Source of the DNA: an uncultured bacterium
GTDB lineage: Bacteria; Acidobacteriota; HRBIN11; JAKEFK01
Assembly: GCA_963777505.1 (NCBI GenBank)
Contig: CAVZQN010000004.1
Coordinates: 1,824,001 to 1,888,000, forward strand
Length of the DNA stretch: 64,000 bases
Direction of reading: 5' to 3'
The translations under genes were made by a program, and so were the position numbers. The notes below the pieces were generated by a model. The model ran no database searches, was not told the origin of the DNA, and saw nothing but the letters and a program-made list of their open reading frames with translations. Below are positions 53,357 to 63,936 of this stretch, in pieces (positions within the stretch are counted from its first letter, which is position 1; each line of letters opens with the position of its first letter).

Positions 53357-55789
53357 ATGATGAATCGATTGATACTCCTTTTCTTTTTGATTCCGTTCGT
53401 TATTCATGCTCAGGAAGTTGAAAAATACCAAACGCCGCCGAAAGAGATTGTAGAACTCGTTGACGCGCCATTAACACCTTCGGCACTTTTGAGTCCGACG
53501 AATGATTGGATGCTTCTGCTTGAAGCACCTCCACTTTTGACGATGGAGGATCTTTCGCAATCGGAATTAAAACTCGCTGGAATTCGATTTAATCCACAAA
53601 CGAATGATCAAACGCGACCCGGATACTTCAAAAAAATATCGCTTCAACAGGTTGCCACAAATAAGAAACCACAAACGATTCAACTTCCTGCTGAAGCGCG
53701 CGTTCGTAACCCTTCCTGGTCTCCTGATGGAAAACACTTTGCATTCACGATCAGCACAACATCAGGGGTCGAACTCTGGACTGGAGATTCTGAAAGTGGT
53801 GTCGTAAAACGTCTTGGCTCATTTCACTTGAATCAAGTTATCCCAGGTGTTTCATATCAATGGCTTTCTGATAGCCGTCATATCATTGCACGAATTGTGA
53901 TTGATACGGCAGATAAAACGAAAGAATCATCCTCTGCTCCATCTGGACCCGTGATTCAGGAAACTGCAGAACGAAAAGCGCCTGCAGTCACATATCAGGA
54001 TCTGCTGAAAACTCCGAAAGATGCGGAATCGTTTGACCGGCATATAACATCAGCGGTAGTTCGGATCGCTCAAGATGGAACGACAACGGAGCTAATCAAA
54101 GGAACGATAAGCAGGGCAGAGCCGTCCCCTGATGGAAAATATTTATTGGTAGAAACAATTCATCGTCCGTTTTCTTATCTCGTACCATATTATCGTTTCC
54201 CTCGCCGTGTTGAAATTCGCGATTCGGAAGGGAAGCTGATCAAAGAGGTCGTGGATATTCCGCTAGAAGATGCAGTCCCTGTTGATTTTGATGCCGTACA
54301 GACTGGACCACGCGACTTTGGATGGCGATCAGATCAGCCATCAACTCTTTGTTGGATTGAAGCGCAGGACAAAGGTGACCCGCGTATAGAAGCAAAAATT
54401 CGAGACAAAATATTTTTGCTGTTACCTCCGTTCAACGGAAAGCCGGTTGAACTCGCATCGACAGAGCTGCGATTGGAGAGGATTGATTGGGGTGGTGATG
54501 ATCTGGCACTGGTAACAGAGTCATGGTGGAAGAATCGCAAAACTCGCACATGGCGTATCTCACCAGCGGATCCATCAACCAAACCTCAGCTCATTTTCGA
54601 TCGTTCTTCCGAAGATCGATATTCAGATCCGGGATATCCAATCTCCAAAACCTCACAATGGGGAACATACGTTCTTAGGCGAACGAATTCTGGAAACGGA
54701 ATTTTTCTTTCCGGTGATGGCGCTTCAACTGAAGGAGATCGTCCGTTTTTAGATGAACTCGATTTAACAACCATCAAGACCAAACGGCTTTGGAGATCAG
54801 AAGCTCCTTCATATGAGTATGTCTACGAAGTGTTCGATGATAGCGGTTCAAATATTCTCACGAGCCGTGAGTCACCATCTGAACCACCAAATTATTTCCT
54901 TCGTAATCTAACCACGAAGACTGTTGAACCATTAACCAATTTTCCACATCCATCTCCGCAGTTTTCAAAAGCCAAAAAAGAATTAATCCGTTATAAGCGT
55001 GCAGATGGTGTAGATCTCACAGGCACTCTCTACCTTCCGGCAGATTACGATCAAACGAAAGACGGACCTCTTCCTGTATTGATGTGGGCTTATCCGACAG
55101 AGTTCAAGAGTGCGGATGCTGCAAGTCAGGTAACGGACTCTCCTTATCGTTTTATTCGTGTTTACAGCAGCTCGCCTCTTTTCTGGCTCGTTCGAGGTTA
55201 TGCGATTCTTGACGATCCTTCGATGCCAATTATCGGTGAAGGTGATAAACAGCCGAATGATACTTATGTTGATCAACTCGTATCTTCTGCACAAGCAGCG
55301 ATCGATGAATTAGTGAAACGTGGTGTGGGTGATCGAAATCGAATGGCAATCGGCGGTCATTCCTACGGCGCTTTCATGACCGCAAATCTTCTAGCACACA
55401 GTGATCTCTTCCGCGCCGGAATTGCTCGCAGCGGTGCATACAACAGGACTTTAACTCCTTTCAGTTTTCAAGCGGAGGAGCGAACGTTTTGGGAAGCTAC
55501 CGATACGTACATAAAAATGTCGCCGTTCACATTTAGCAACAAAATCAACGAGCCAATTCTTTTGACCCATGGGATGGATGATAACAACACTGGTACGTAT
55601 CCGATTCAGAGCGAACGGTTGTATCAGGCAATCAAAGGACTCGGCGGGACCGCTCGCCTTGTAATGCTTCCGTATGAATCCCACGGATATCGTGCGCGTG
55701 AATCTGTCCTGCATGTGCTTTGGGAAATGGATCGGTGGCTTGAAACATATGTGAAAAAATATCAGCCTGCACCAGTGAACGTCCGCTAG
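53357..55789 (+). CDS. Secreted S9 family peptidase (beta-propeller plus catalytic domain)
   Basis: Signal peptide; WSPDG repeats; GHSYG nucleophile; HG.DDNN; ESHGY. Confidence 0.95.
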   Translation: MMNRLILLFFLIPFVIHAQEVEKYQTPPKEIVELVDAPLTPSALLSPTNDWMLLLEAPPLLTMEDLSQSELKLAGIRFNPQTNDQTRPGYFKKISLQQVATNKKPQTIQLPAEARVRNPSWSPDGKHFAFTISTTSGVELWTGDSESGVVKRLGSFHLNQVIPGVSYQWLSDSRHIIARIVIDTADKTKESSSAPSGPVIQETAERKAPAVTYQDLLKTPKDAESFDRHITSAVVRIAQDGTTTELIKGTISRAEPSPDGKYLLVETIHRPFSYLVPYYRFPRRVEIRDSEGKLIKEVVDIPLEDAVPVDFDAVQTGPRDFGWRSDQPSTLCWIEAQDKGDPRIEAKIRDKIFLLLPPFNGKPVELASTELRLERIDWGGDDLALVTESWWKNRKTRTWRISPADPSTKPQLIFDRSSEDRYSDPGYPISKTSQWGTYVLRRTNSGNGIFLSGDGASTEGDRPFLDELDLTTIKTKRLWRSEAPSYEYVYEVFDDSGSNILTSRESPSEPPNYFLRNLTTKTVEPLTNFPHPSPQFSKAKKELIRYKRADGVDLTGTLYLPADYDQTKDGPLPVLMWAYPTEFKSADAASQVTDSPYRFIRVYSSSPLFWLVRGYAILDDPSMPIIGEGDKQPNDTYVDQLVSSAQAAIDELVKRGVGDRNRMAIGGHSYGAFMTANLLAHSDLFRAGIARSGAYNRTLTPFSFQAEERTFWEATDTYIKMSPFTFSNKINEPILLTHGMDDNNTGTYPIQSERLYQAIKGLGGTARLVMLPYESHGYRARESVLHVLWEMDRWLETYVKKYQPAPVNVR

Positions 55790-55818
55790 CGTTGCGTCCT
55801 TTTTCCTTTGCTATAAAT

Positions 55819-55929
55819 GACAGGCCCAGCATATCCGCATCATTGGTTGCAATTGGAACAGTACATGATCTGAGGGGAGAGTATCAGGAAGCCATGCTTC
55901 ATCTTCGGAAGGCTCAGCAGACTAAATGA
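55819..55929 (+). pseudogene. TPR-like gene remnant
   Basis: DRPSISASLVAIGTVHDLRGEYQEAMLHLRKA matches a TPR consensus; no start codon. Confidence 0.5.
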
Positions 55930-56014
55930 GGTTTGGAGTTCTGTAATTTTAATAGGGACGCCTAACCAGTTGTGCATATTTTTGCCTTGGTTCGTTAATG
56001 TCAGTTTTGATCAG

Positions 56015-56041
56015 ACAACTTTGGCGGAATTTTGTCGAAAA
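56015..56041 (+). promoter_or_regulatory. Putative sigma28 (FliA-like) promoter
   Basis: ACAACTTT-N11-GTCGAAAA versus consensus TAAAGTTT-N11-GCCGATAA. Confidence 0.45.
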
Positions 56042-56070
56042 GAATAGTATGTAGGGAAAGGGGGTAACGG

Positions 56071-57000
56071 ATGACCAAAATTCAAGGTTCCCATAACATT
56101 CCTGTATCTCCACAAAGCGAAGTTCAACCTAGTGCTACAACCACTCGACCCACCAGTTCGCAACAAGCGTCTTCCGAATCCGCAAGCTCTCAACCACTAT
56201 CTTTGCGTGACGCATCGAGGCGCAGGGCAGAGCACAACTTGGGTGGACTCGTTCAAGAATTGCGGCTAAAAGATGGTGGATCAAAACAAGATATTGGCGA
56301 CCGCGCTAGAGAATTGATGCGCAATGGGCAGTATGGCCAGGCGGCTCAAGAAGTGCGGACTCATATTGGCAGGAGTACGGTGTTGGAACAGCGATTCCGT
56401 CCGTTTCAACGTCAAGCCGAAGTGTTATCCCAAATGCAAAGCAGTGGAGTTCAAAATCTTCAATATCCACCGTCTCAACAAAATGTCAGAGACTATTTTC
56501 GAACTATGCGCGGACAACCGATAGCGGATATTCAGACGCGGTTCCAGAATTATGCAAATGCGTTTTATAGCCATTCCGCCAGTGGAAACTTCGCAATTGG
56601 AGATATACGGCGGATGCCCAGCTCTTGGTCAGATTTGAACAGACACGCGAGCGCTGACGGGCGGCATCGAATTGATTGTGAAGGCTTTGCGATGCTGGGT
56701 CACACAGCGTTGCGGGCAGCCGGTTTCAGAGATCTTCGTTTTGCTGACATGCGTCCGCCTAATCGCGGGGATAGACACATCGTTATTGCGGGTGAACGAA
56801 GACAGCAGGGTTCAACAGAAATCGCGTTGATCTCGAATAATAATTTCCGTATTGGATCGCCGCAGCGTAATCAGGATGCGGAACAAGCTCGAACGCAAAT
56901 GGTAGCAACTGAGTTTAATTTCATTATGGTGCGACCGCTAGGCCAGGGAGATCGCATCGTAGAGCACCGTACGCAGCTAGGTGCGAGTAACGCCCCTTAA
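56071..57000 (+). CDS. Hypothetical protein with Ser/Thr/Pro/Gln-rich N-terminus and possible transglutaminase/papain-like Cys-His core
   Basis: IDCEGFA...RHIVIAG...ISNN; G-rich RBS; no Sec signal. Confidence 0.7.
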   Translation: MTKIQGSHNIPVSPQSEVQPSATTTRPTSSQQASSESASSQPLSLRDASRRRAEHNLGGLVQELRLKDGGSKQDIGDRARELMRNGQYGQAAQEVRTHIGRSTVLEQRFRPFQRQAEVLSQMQSSGVQNLQYPPSQQNVRDYFRTMRGQPIADIQTRFQNYANAFYSHSASGNFAIGDIRRMPSSWSDLNRHASADGRHRIDCEGFAMLGHTALRAAGFRDLRFADMRPPNRGDRHIVIAGERRQQGSTEIALISNNNFRIGSPQRNQDAEQARTQMVATEFNFIMVRPLGQGDRIVEHRTQLGASNAP

Positions 57001-57264
57001 TTTTTTCTTTCAAACTCTAACCAGTAAAAGGGGTGGAGCTGTGGGAGTCCAACATCCTTCCAACTTTTCTGAAAATATCACAAAGCTTTTAGCCGACTAT
57101 CGTATAAATAAACGTTTCCATTAACGCAAACGCCAATTTAATCTGGAAGCGGATTCCTCCGTTCCAATTCTTGTCTTTTAACTCTGGATGCAACATCAAT
57201 CTGGAGTTCAATTTCGGATTTTAGAAAACTCCCCGTGGTAAACATCGGTGAACGTCCGCTAGCG

Positions 57265-58008
57265 TTACGTCCTTTTTCCTTTGCTCCGATTCGATGAAGA
57301 AGACTGTTCCAATTCCAGAATCGTTTTGGGTCCCTTATATTCTTCAACCCGTGATGCAATTGGAGGAGTTTGAAAATTTGTTGAATCTCCCTGATTCGAA
57401 GATTCGTTTAGGGATCCGCGAATCTCAGCAGCAATAGCATTGGTGCTGTCAATACTATCAAGAACTGCATCAGGGATCGCCGGAACATCATAATTGTTGG
57501 TTATTACCGAATCTGGCCCTTTATATTTGTTCGCTTGTGATTCAATCCTCGGTTCTTCGAGAATGGATTTCGGCCCTTTGTATTGGTCAACGCGTGATCC
57601 TCTTTCTTGAGGTTTCAGTGAATCTGGCCCTTTATATTCATCCACCCTTGATCCTCTTTCCTGTATTAAACAGACGAATCAGGCCCTTTGTATTTTTCTG
57701 CCCGTGATTCAATGGAAGGAGTTTTAGATTCGTTTATGGATCCGCGAATCTCAGCAGCAATAGGCATTTGCGCTGTCAATACTATCAAGAACTGCATCCG
57801 GGATCTGCGGTGGCTCATGATAATTCGTTAAAACTGGATTTGGTACTTCAAATTTATCTACTCGTGATTCAATTTGATCTCGAGTTCGAGTAATAGAGGC
57901 GGGTCCTTCAAATTTGTCCTGCACCCGAGTTTTATTTGGTTGGATTGGGACTTCATTTTCAACTGGTGCTTGATTTCCAATATTTGGAATCCTGTTCGAA
58001 ATCTTCAT
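57265..58008 (-). CDS. Low-complexity repeat protein with seven SRVDxYKGP-like motifs (two frameshifts, ~57765 and ~57670)
   Basis: ORFs 57751-58008 and 57265-57645 share duplicated IPDAVLDSIDS.NA blocks; the intervening DNA continues the repeat; AGGAG RBS. Confidence 0.7.
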
Positions 58009-58049
58009 TCGTTCCTCTCCTTGGGATTTGCCCTTACGCATTACCACTC

Positions 58050-58066
58050 AGCAAAGATCATACCAG
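58050..58066 (-). promoter_or_regulatory. Putative sigma54 promoter
   Basis: Minus strand CTGGTATGATCTTTGCT = GG-N10-GC. Confidence 0.6.
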
Positions 58067-58169
58067 TTGTTCGATGATGAGCGATAGACGTGAGATTGTG
58101 ACGTGACTGAATGAAAGCAACTCAAGTTACTATGCGGGGAGCAACACAAGTTGCTTTTGCACGCGTTGT

Positions 58170-58675
58170 CTATTCAAGCTGATGTTGATACGCAGCACTA
58201 TCGAAGTGTCCGAGAGATTCGGCGATTAAATTATCGTCTCCGAATTTCCAAACTTCGAATCCGCTGATGCGAACATTTTTCCCTTTACCGCCAGGACCCG
58301 TATTTGTGCCGGTCAGTGTCCAGCAATAAATGGATCGCTCAGCGTGATAGAGCAAATCATCCATCTGCACAATCATGTCTGGGAAGTCAGTCATGAATCC
58401 TTGCGCTACGCGTGTGATTGCATCACGTCCAACAGCGGCACGCCATAATTCACGCAGAGTGAACCGTTAGGCGAATAGAACGAAGCCACATTGTCAGGTT
58501 TTTGGCTGCACCATGCTGCTGTATAGCGCTGTGCGAATTCGCGAAGATGAGCTGGTACTGTCATCAGGTTCGGTAAGGCATCGAGCTCATTCAATAATGC
58601 GGTTACATCGCTCCGCAATTCCAAAGTTCCGGAAATGTTCCGGATACGGATGATGCGATCAGCGGGAGTGTCCAT
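58170..58675 (-). CDS. SnoaL-like/ester cyclase NTF2-fold protein (frameshift near 58438)
   Basis: FA.RY.AAW.SQ....VA.FY + GRDAI...FM..FPD...WTL.GTNTGPGG.G..V.I.G.E.W. Confidence 0.8.
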
Positions 58676-58677
58676 TT

Positions 58678-61323
58678 CTATTTTTTTGCGATGGGCGCGC
58701 GTTTGAGTACTTCTTCAAACCAGTTAATGGTGACGTTGAGATGGTCCTGTCTGTCTTTTTCCTTCTGTACTGTGGTGACAAAGCGCTGGTGATCTGACGT
58801 TACATCCATCTGCAGATAGGCTCCTTCGAACAATAGTTCAGGAGTTCCTGCCGAAAATGAAGGAGAAGTTTGAATCGGTACACTCATCACTTTCTTTCCA
58901 ACTCTGTAGAGAATTTCGTTTTGCTGTTTCCACATTACATTCGTACCTCCATTCGTGGAAACAAGCCATCTACCAGGAGGACCTTGAAAAGAACGGACGT
59001 AAATTTCGTCTCGTCCCGATTCATCCGAAGTATACGCGATCCATTTGTCGTCCGGAGAAAATATTCCATCTGTTTCGCTGGCAGGAGTCGCAACTAAATC
59101 GTGAAGCTTTCCATCCGATGTGTCGAAGACCATCACATCCGTATCTGTCTGCTGACTATCCTTAAATAGTAGAAGCTTTTTATTATCGCGCGACCACTTT
59201 GTAGGAACTAGAACGGACTCGTTTTTGATAACAACCTGTTCCTGATCGCTTCCATCGGCTGCTCGCCAGAATGGATTCCAGAGACCCAATCGTTCCGATG
59301 CATACGCAACTCTCTTACCATCGCCGGTCCATTTAGGCCAACCCGTGCGTGCTTCGGAAGTTAACCGTGTGGAGGTTCCGCGTGCCAGATCGTAGATCCA
59401 TATTTCAAATTTTCGAAACCCTGCAAGCCGGCTGTTATCCGGAGAGAACTGTGGATCGCTCAGTACAACGGAATCCAGAGGTCCAGGAAGTCTTTCACCC
59501 TTGCGATTCAATATTGCAGTAGTTCCACCTTCATCATAGGAAGCGCCTGCAGGAAGTGTGATAAGAATTCCATTTTGTGAAAAAGCATATTCCAGACTAC
59601 CTGCTCCATTTTCGGAAACTCCGGAGACAAGCATGACAGAATCGCCGTAGGTTTCGAGTTTCTCCGGATCAAACCCGATAACATAAAGCGCATCACCTCG
59701 CCCAAAGATCAGATGACCCGTTGGCAGATAGCGCGCTCCGAAACCACCTTGCAAAACCACCTTTCGTTCGCCTGTATCAACACGAACTGCACCGATCGTT
59801 GCATCGGACCAGCGTCCACCATGACCGATCGTAAACAGCGCAACTTTGCCTCCAGGTAGAACAAATGGCCACCGGTGATTCCTTTCTCCTTTTGATTTAT
59901 CCACAGTTGTAAGTGATTGCGCAGTTCCACCGTCTGCTGAAATCTTGTTGAGACCCGCATAATAAAATGGTGAAAAAACGATCGTTCCATTGTCGCCCCA
60001 ACTCGCTCCACGCGGATTTGCGATGCGAGTAAGCGTGACCGGTGTATCTCCGGAAAGTTGAACTTTCTTTAATTCATGTGCTGTAAAAAAACCGAGCCAT
60101 TTCCCATCCGGAGAAAAGAAAGGAGCACGCGCGCCTTCTGTTCCAGCAATCGGCCTGGACTCAAATGTATTCAAGTTTCTTAGATAAAGCCGGATTTGTT
60201 GATCTTCGACACCGGTATAAACAACAGAGCTGCCATCTGGTGACATAGCCAGTGAACCGTACGCGTTAAATGTGGCTCTTTGTGTTCCTTCCAATGGAAA
60301 CATAAAACGCATCACTGCTTTCTCCGACTTCGGAATTTCTTTCCTTGTTGGAGAAAACAACGCAATCGCGGCAAAGAGTGTCATCATTAACGCAACCAAC
60401 CATGGAAGAAGAGATTTGATTCTGGAATGAGTTGGCGCAACTGCAGGTGCTGCGATTGAAGTCGTTGAAACACCCGAAAGATTTTCCAAATAAAACGCAA
60501 CATCATGCATTGATTGGAAGCGCTGTGCCGGATCTTTTTCCATGCAATGTTCTACAATTCGATTCATTGCAGGTGAGAGGTTCGGATTCGTTTCAGATAG
60601 ATCAGACGGTTCCTTTCCAAGGATTGCACTCATCGTGTCAGCTGCTGTATCAGCGTGAAAGGCGCGTTTTCCTGAAATCATTTCATACAGAATTACGCCG
60701 AAAGAAAAAATATCGGAACGTGCATCGGAGGGTTTTCCGCGTACCTGTTCAGGCGACATATAGCCAACAGTTCCCAAAATCATTCCGGGAGTTGAAAGCT
60801 GCACCCCCGTTTCCAGTTTGGAATGTTCAGCGGCGGGCGCTTCTGTTTGAGTTAACTTCGCCAGACCAAAGTCCAGAATTTTGACTCGGCCATCATTTGT
60901 AACAAACAGATTTTCGGGTTTCAAATCGCGATGAATGATTCCTTTATCGTGTGCTGCAGACAATCCTTTCGCGATTTGCAACGCATAATCAATTGTCTTG
61001 CGCTGCGAAAGTGCAGATTTTAGTTTGTCACGAAGTGTTTCTCCTTCCAGTAATTCCAGGACCAGAAAATGTGTGCCATTCTCATGTCCGATGTCATAAA
61101 CATTCAGAATTCCTGGATGGTTCAGCATTCCAGCTGCACGTGCTTCCTGTTCGAACCTCGCCAGGCGATCTGGATCTTGCGAGAAATTAGAAGGAAGGAC
61201 TTTAATGGCTACTTCACGTCCAATTCGCTTGTCCGCTGCACGATAAACGTCACCCATTCCACCTGCGCCTATACGGCCCAGGATTTCATACGCACCAAGC
61301 TTCGTGCCGGATTCAAGCAACAT
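58678..61323 (-). CDS. Ser/Thr protein kinase with TM and PD40/TolB-like propeller
   Basis: [30 protein letters not shown]; SPDG repeats. Confidence 0.96.
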   Translation of the reverse strand: MLLESGTKLGAYEILGRIGAGGMGDVYRAADKRIGREVAIKVLPSNFSQDPDRLARFEQEARAAGMLNHPGILNVYDIGHENGTHFLVLELLEGETLRDKLKSALSQRKTIDYALQIAKGLSAAHDKGIIHRDLKPENLFVTNDGRVKILDFGLAKLTQTEAPAAEHSKLETGVQLSTPGMILGTVGYMSPEQVRGKPSDARSDIFSFGVILYEMISGKRAFHADTAADTMSAILGKEPSDLSETNPNLSPAMNRIVEHCMEKDPAQRFQSMHDVAFYLENLSGVSTTSIAAPAVAPTHSRIKSLLPWLVALMMTLFAAIALFSPTRKEIPKSEKAVMRFMFPLEGTQRATFNAYGSLAMSPDGSSVVYTGVEDQQIRLYLRNLNTFESRPIAGTEGARAPFFSPDGKWLGFFTAHELKKVQLSGDTPVTLTRIANPRGASWGDNGTIVFSPFYYAGLNKISADGGTAQSLTTVDKSKGERNHRWPFVLPGGKVALFTIGHGGRWSDATIGAVRVDTGERKVVLQGGFGARYLPTGHLIFGRGDALYVIGFDPEKLETYGDSVMLVSGVSENGAGSLEYAFSQNGILITLPAGASYDEGGTTAILNRKGERLPGPLDSVVLSDPQFSPDNSRLAGFRKFEIWIYDLARGTSTRLTSEARTGWPKWTGDGKRVAYASERLGLWNPFWRAADGSDQEQVVIKNESVLVPTKWSRDNKKLLLFKDSQQTDTDVMVFDTSDGKLHDLVATPASETDGIFSPDDKWIAYTSDESGRDEIYVRSFQGPPGRWLVSTNGGTNVMWKQQNEILYRVGKKVMSVPIQTSPSFSAGTPELLFEGAYLQMDVTSDHQRFVTTVQKEKDRQDHLNVTINWFEEVLKRAPIAKK

Positions 61324-61399
61324 CGGTTCAAGAATGTATCATGAAACGTGATTGAATGAATCAGGACATTGCGCTTGATCTGATTTGGCAATCGAAATT

Positions 61400-62470
61400 T
61401 TAACCGCGGCCGAGTTTATCCTTTGTTGAAGCAAGCGACTCCGTGAGTATCTGTTGTTTACGGATTGTTTCAGCCACAGGTTCGTCCTTCTGAGATTTGC
61501 TAGCAGATTGGGATGAGGTGTCGTCCTGAAATGTGTTTCCAAAATCGACTGTTATCGCTTGTCCAGTAAACGGAGAATTGTTTCCGGAACCCAGCAAATC
61601 TTCAGCAGCATTTCGAAGTTTTTCTTGTTCAGCTTTTGTCTCGGCTTCGTCTTTGATCCTTTTGAAATTTGCCAGATCTTCCGTAAATTCTGTTTGCTTA
61701 GGGTTGCCAAGAGATAGATCTATTTCTGGTGGCCGCAACAAAGATTGTGCACTCTCGCTTTCACTTTTAAGGTTACGGATCTGTTCCTCAGTCACCGATG
61801 AGGTAGCTTGTTTTCGATCGGAAACGAACAACTCAGTAAAATCTTTTTGTTTACGATTTATTTCCGCTGTTGGCAATGGCTCATGTTTCTCGGATTCTTT
61901 AGGAGTTTCGGTTGAACCTTCATCATGAAATGGGTTTCCAAAATCGATTGTTACGCCTTCAAACCCTTGTCCAATAACTACATCCGTAGGATTGTTTGAT
62001 GAGCGAAGCAAATCGTCAATGTTGATGAGTTTTTCTTGAGCTTTCGCATCTGCCTTATCTTGAACCTTTTTGAAATTTGCAAAGTCTTGTGTCAATTCGG
62101 CTTGTTTCGCATTGGCAAAAGAGGAATCTATTTGTGGTGCGCGTAGCGAAGATTGTGCACTCTCACTCTCATTTTTAAGGTTACGGATCTGCTCCTCACG
62201 GGCCGTCACCGCAGAAGGTGTGGCCTTTATTGCGGAGTCTCCGAGATGAGCAGCTATTGTTTGCTTCTTAAAAAGGTCTCCAACTTCGTCATTTGGTTTT
62301 TGCGGATAGGGCACTGATGAAATGTTATTCTGTTCGCCGAACGATTTAGATTCTTCAATTTTGAACGAATCTGAATTGCTATAAATTGATTCCGCTTTCT
62401 TCACATCTGTCGTTTGGCTCTCTTCGGTTCTAGTAATTGGTAAAGCAGCTTCTGTCCGCTTGATTTGCAT
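61400..62470 (-). CDS. Hydrophilic hypothetical protein with internal duplication
   Basis: EEQIRNLK.ESESAQS.LR.P.ID.S..N.KQ.E.T.D.ANFK...T.DFGN.F.D occurs twice; GGAGG RBS. Confidence 0.8.
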   Translation of the reverse strand: MQIKRTEAALPITRTEESQTTDVKKAESIYSNSDSFKIEESKSFGEQNNISSVPYPQKPNDEVGDLFKKQTIAAHLGDSAIKATPSAVTAREEQIRNLKNESESAQSSLRAPQIDSSFANAKQAELTQDFANFKKVQDKADAKAQEKLINIDDLLRSSNNPTDVVIGQGFEGVTIDFGNPFHDEGSTETPKESEKHEPLPTAEINRKQKDFTELFVSDRKQATSSVTEEQIRNLKSESESAQSLLRPPEIDLSLGNPKQTEFTEDLANFKRIKDEAETKAEQEKLRNAAEDLLGSGNNSPFTGQAITVDFGNTFQDDTSSQSASKSQKDEPVAETIRKQQILTESLASTKDKLGRG

Positions 62471-62496
62471 CGTTCCTCCGTAATCAATTTCCTTAA

Positions 62497-62513
62497 AGCA
62501 AGCTAGATGCCAT
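62497..62513 (-). promoter_or_regulatory. Putative sigma54 promoter
   Basis: Minus strand ATGGCATCTAGCTTGCT = TGGCA-N6-TTGCT, near consensus. Confidence 0.7.
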
Positions 62514-62703
62514 CGTCCTTCAGAGAGAAGAAGGCTTTAGCTTTTGAAATGAGAGCAACTTTTGTCCAGGAAAACGCAACTTCCGTTTCTAAGTTTGTGG
62601 CGGATGAGCCGTATGTTTTGTTTTTAGAACCGGTTTGTTGAAGGAATAATGAAGATAACCACGAAGACTCAGAGTCTCAGCGGTTTCATGATTTACTACT
62701 GCT

Positions 62704-63936
62704 GTGAAAAAGTTATTGGCGTTCGTATTTCTGACTTCACTGTTGTTGCGTCTCTGGTTCGCGATCGGGTACTGGGGAAATAAGCCTTTAACACACGATG
62801 CAAAGGAATACTTGGAGCTCGCAAAAAGCATTAATGAAAGCGGGCAGTTTGAATTAGCCGTTCGCAAGACCCATAAAATTGAAAGTTATGGCCGCGCACC
62901 AGGATATCCTTTCTGGCTTGCATTTTTGCACCGTATTTCACCCGCGCTTGCATGGATCCGGCTAGCAGAAGCCCTGTTGAGCTTGATCAGCACGTATCTT
63001 TTCTTTTTGATTGCTCGCGAAATGTTTGGGGTGCGAGCAGGAATTGTCGCGTTCGTGCTTTCTTCGTTTTATATACCTCTGATTGTTCTCGCTCCAGTGA
63101 TCTTGAGTGAAAATCTCTGGCTTTTTTGCATGCTTCTGAGTTACTGGTTTTTGTGGCGCAAGCATACGACTTTTATTAATTCATCCCTGATCAACCTGAT
63201 TCTTGCATTCTCACTTTTTGCTATTGCAACATTGATTCGTCCAGGGACCGTTTTTCTTTTGCCATTTTATTTCATCTGGACACGTCGAAAATTCAATTTA
63301 CGATCTGCGATTATTCTTGCGGCATTTTATTTTATGATGTTATTTCCCTGGAACCTTTATCTTTACCTGAAAGAAAATCATTTCGTTTTTGTGGCCTCTG
63401 AAGGTGGTGTGACTTTATGGACCGGCACACACCCGGCTTATTCAGGTGATGGAGATCTGGCTGTCAATCCTAAGGTTCAAAAGGATTATCGAGTTCTTCT
63501 TGAGACACATAGCACTTTAACATCAACACAAAGATCACAAATTTATACGCAGCTGGCAGTTAAGAACGTCTTGGAAAATCCCGGCGGCTTGGTTCTGATT
63601 GAACTTAAGAAATTGCTTTACTGGATTATTCCAATCGGACCATCAGTAATGAAAATGTCATTGTTTCACAAAATCGCGAGCTTCCTCTTTTATTTGCCTT
63701 TGTTGATTTTTGCATTGTTAGGATTCCGCCGGTTAGCTCCGGATGTTAGATTGTTTGTCTGCGGAATTTATATCTCATTTACACTCATGATCCTGGTTTT
63801 CCTTCCGCAAGAACGCTTCCGGATCGCAACCGTTGATCCGGTCTTTATTCTCATCTGTGCAAATGAATTGACGCATCGCTTTTTCAATCCACATCGTTCT
63901 GCTGATCCCGCAAGAGACGCTATAATTGGCGTATGA
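62704..63936 (+). CDS. GT39/ArnT-like membrane glycosyltransferase
   Basis: D...Y..LA, RAPGYP.WLA, ILSENL, LIRP, PW, ERFR motifs in a polytopic protein. Confidence 0.85.
   Translation: MKKLLAFVFLTSLLLRLWFAIGYWGNKPLTHDAKEYLELAKSINESGQFELAVRKTHKIESYGRAPGYPFWLAFLHRISPALAWIRLAEALLSLISTYLFFLIAREMFGVRAGIVAFVLSSFYIPLIVLAPVILSENLWLFCMLLSYWFLWRKHTTFINSSLINLILAFSLFAIATLIRPGTVFLLPFYFIWTRRKFNLRSAIILAAFYFMMLFPWNLYLYLKENHFVFVASEGGVTLWTGTHPAYSGDGDLAVNPKVQKDYRVLLETHSTLTSTQRSQIYTQLAVKNVLENPGGLVLIELKKLLYWIIPIGPSVMKMSLFHKIASFLFYLPLLIFALLGFRRLAPDVRLFVCGIYISFTLMILVFLPQERFRIATVDPVFILICANELTHRFFNPHRSADPARDAIIGV

Larger units (their letters stand above)
55775..57285. repeat. 38-bp direct repeat (55775-55812 and 57248-57285) bracketing a ~1.4-kb segment
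   Basis: GTGAACGTCCGCTAGCGTT(G/A)CGTCCTTTTTCCTTTGCT, 37 of 38 identical. Confidence 0.9.

Noticed and set aside
57138-57359. 73-aa minus ORF sharing AKEKGRNASGRS with ORF 55632-55832
   Set aside because: Similarity is simply the 38-bp DNA repeat read in another frame
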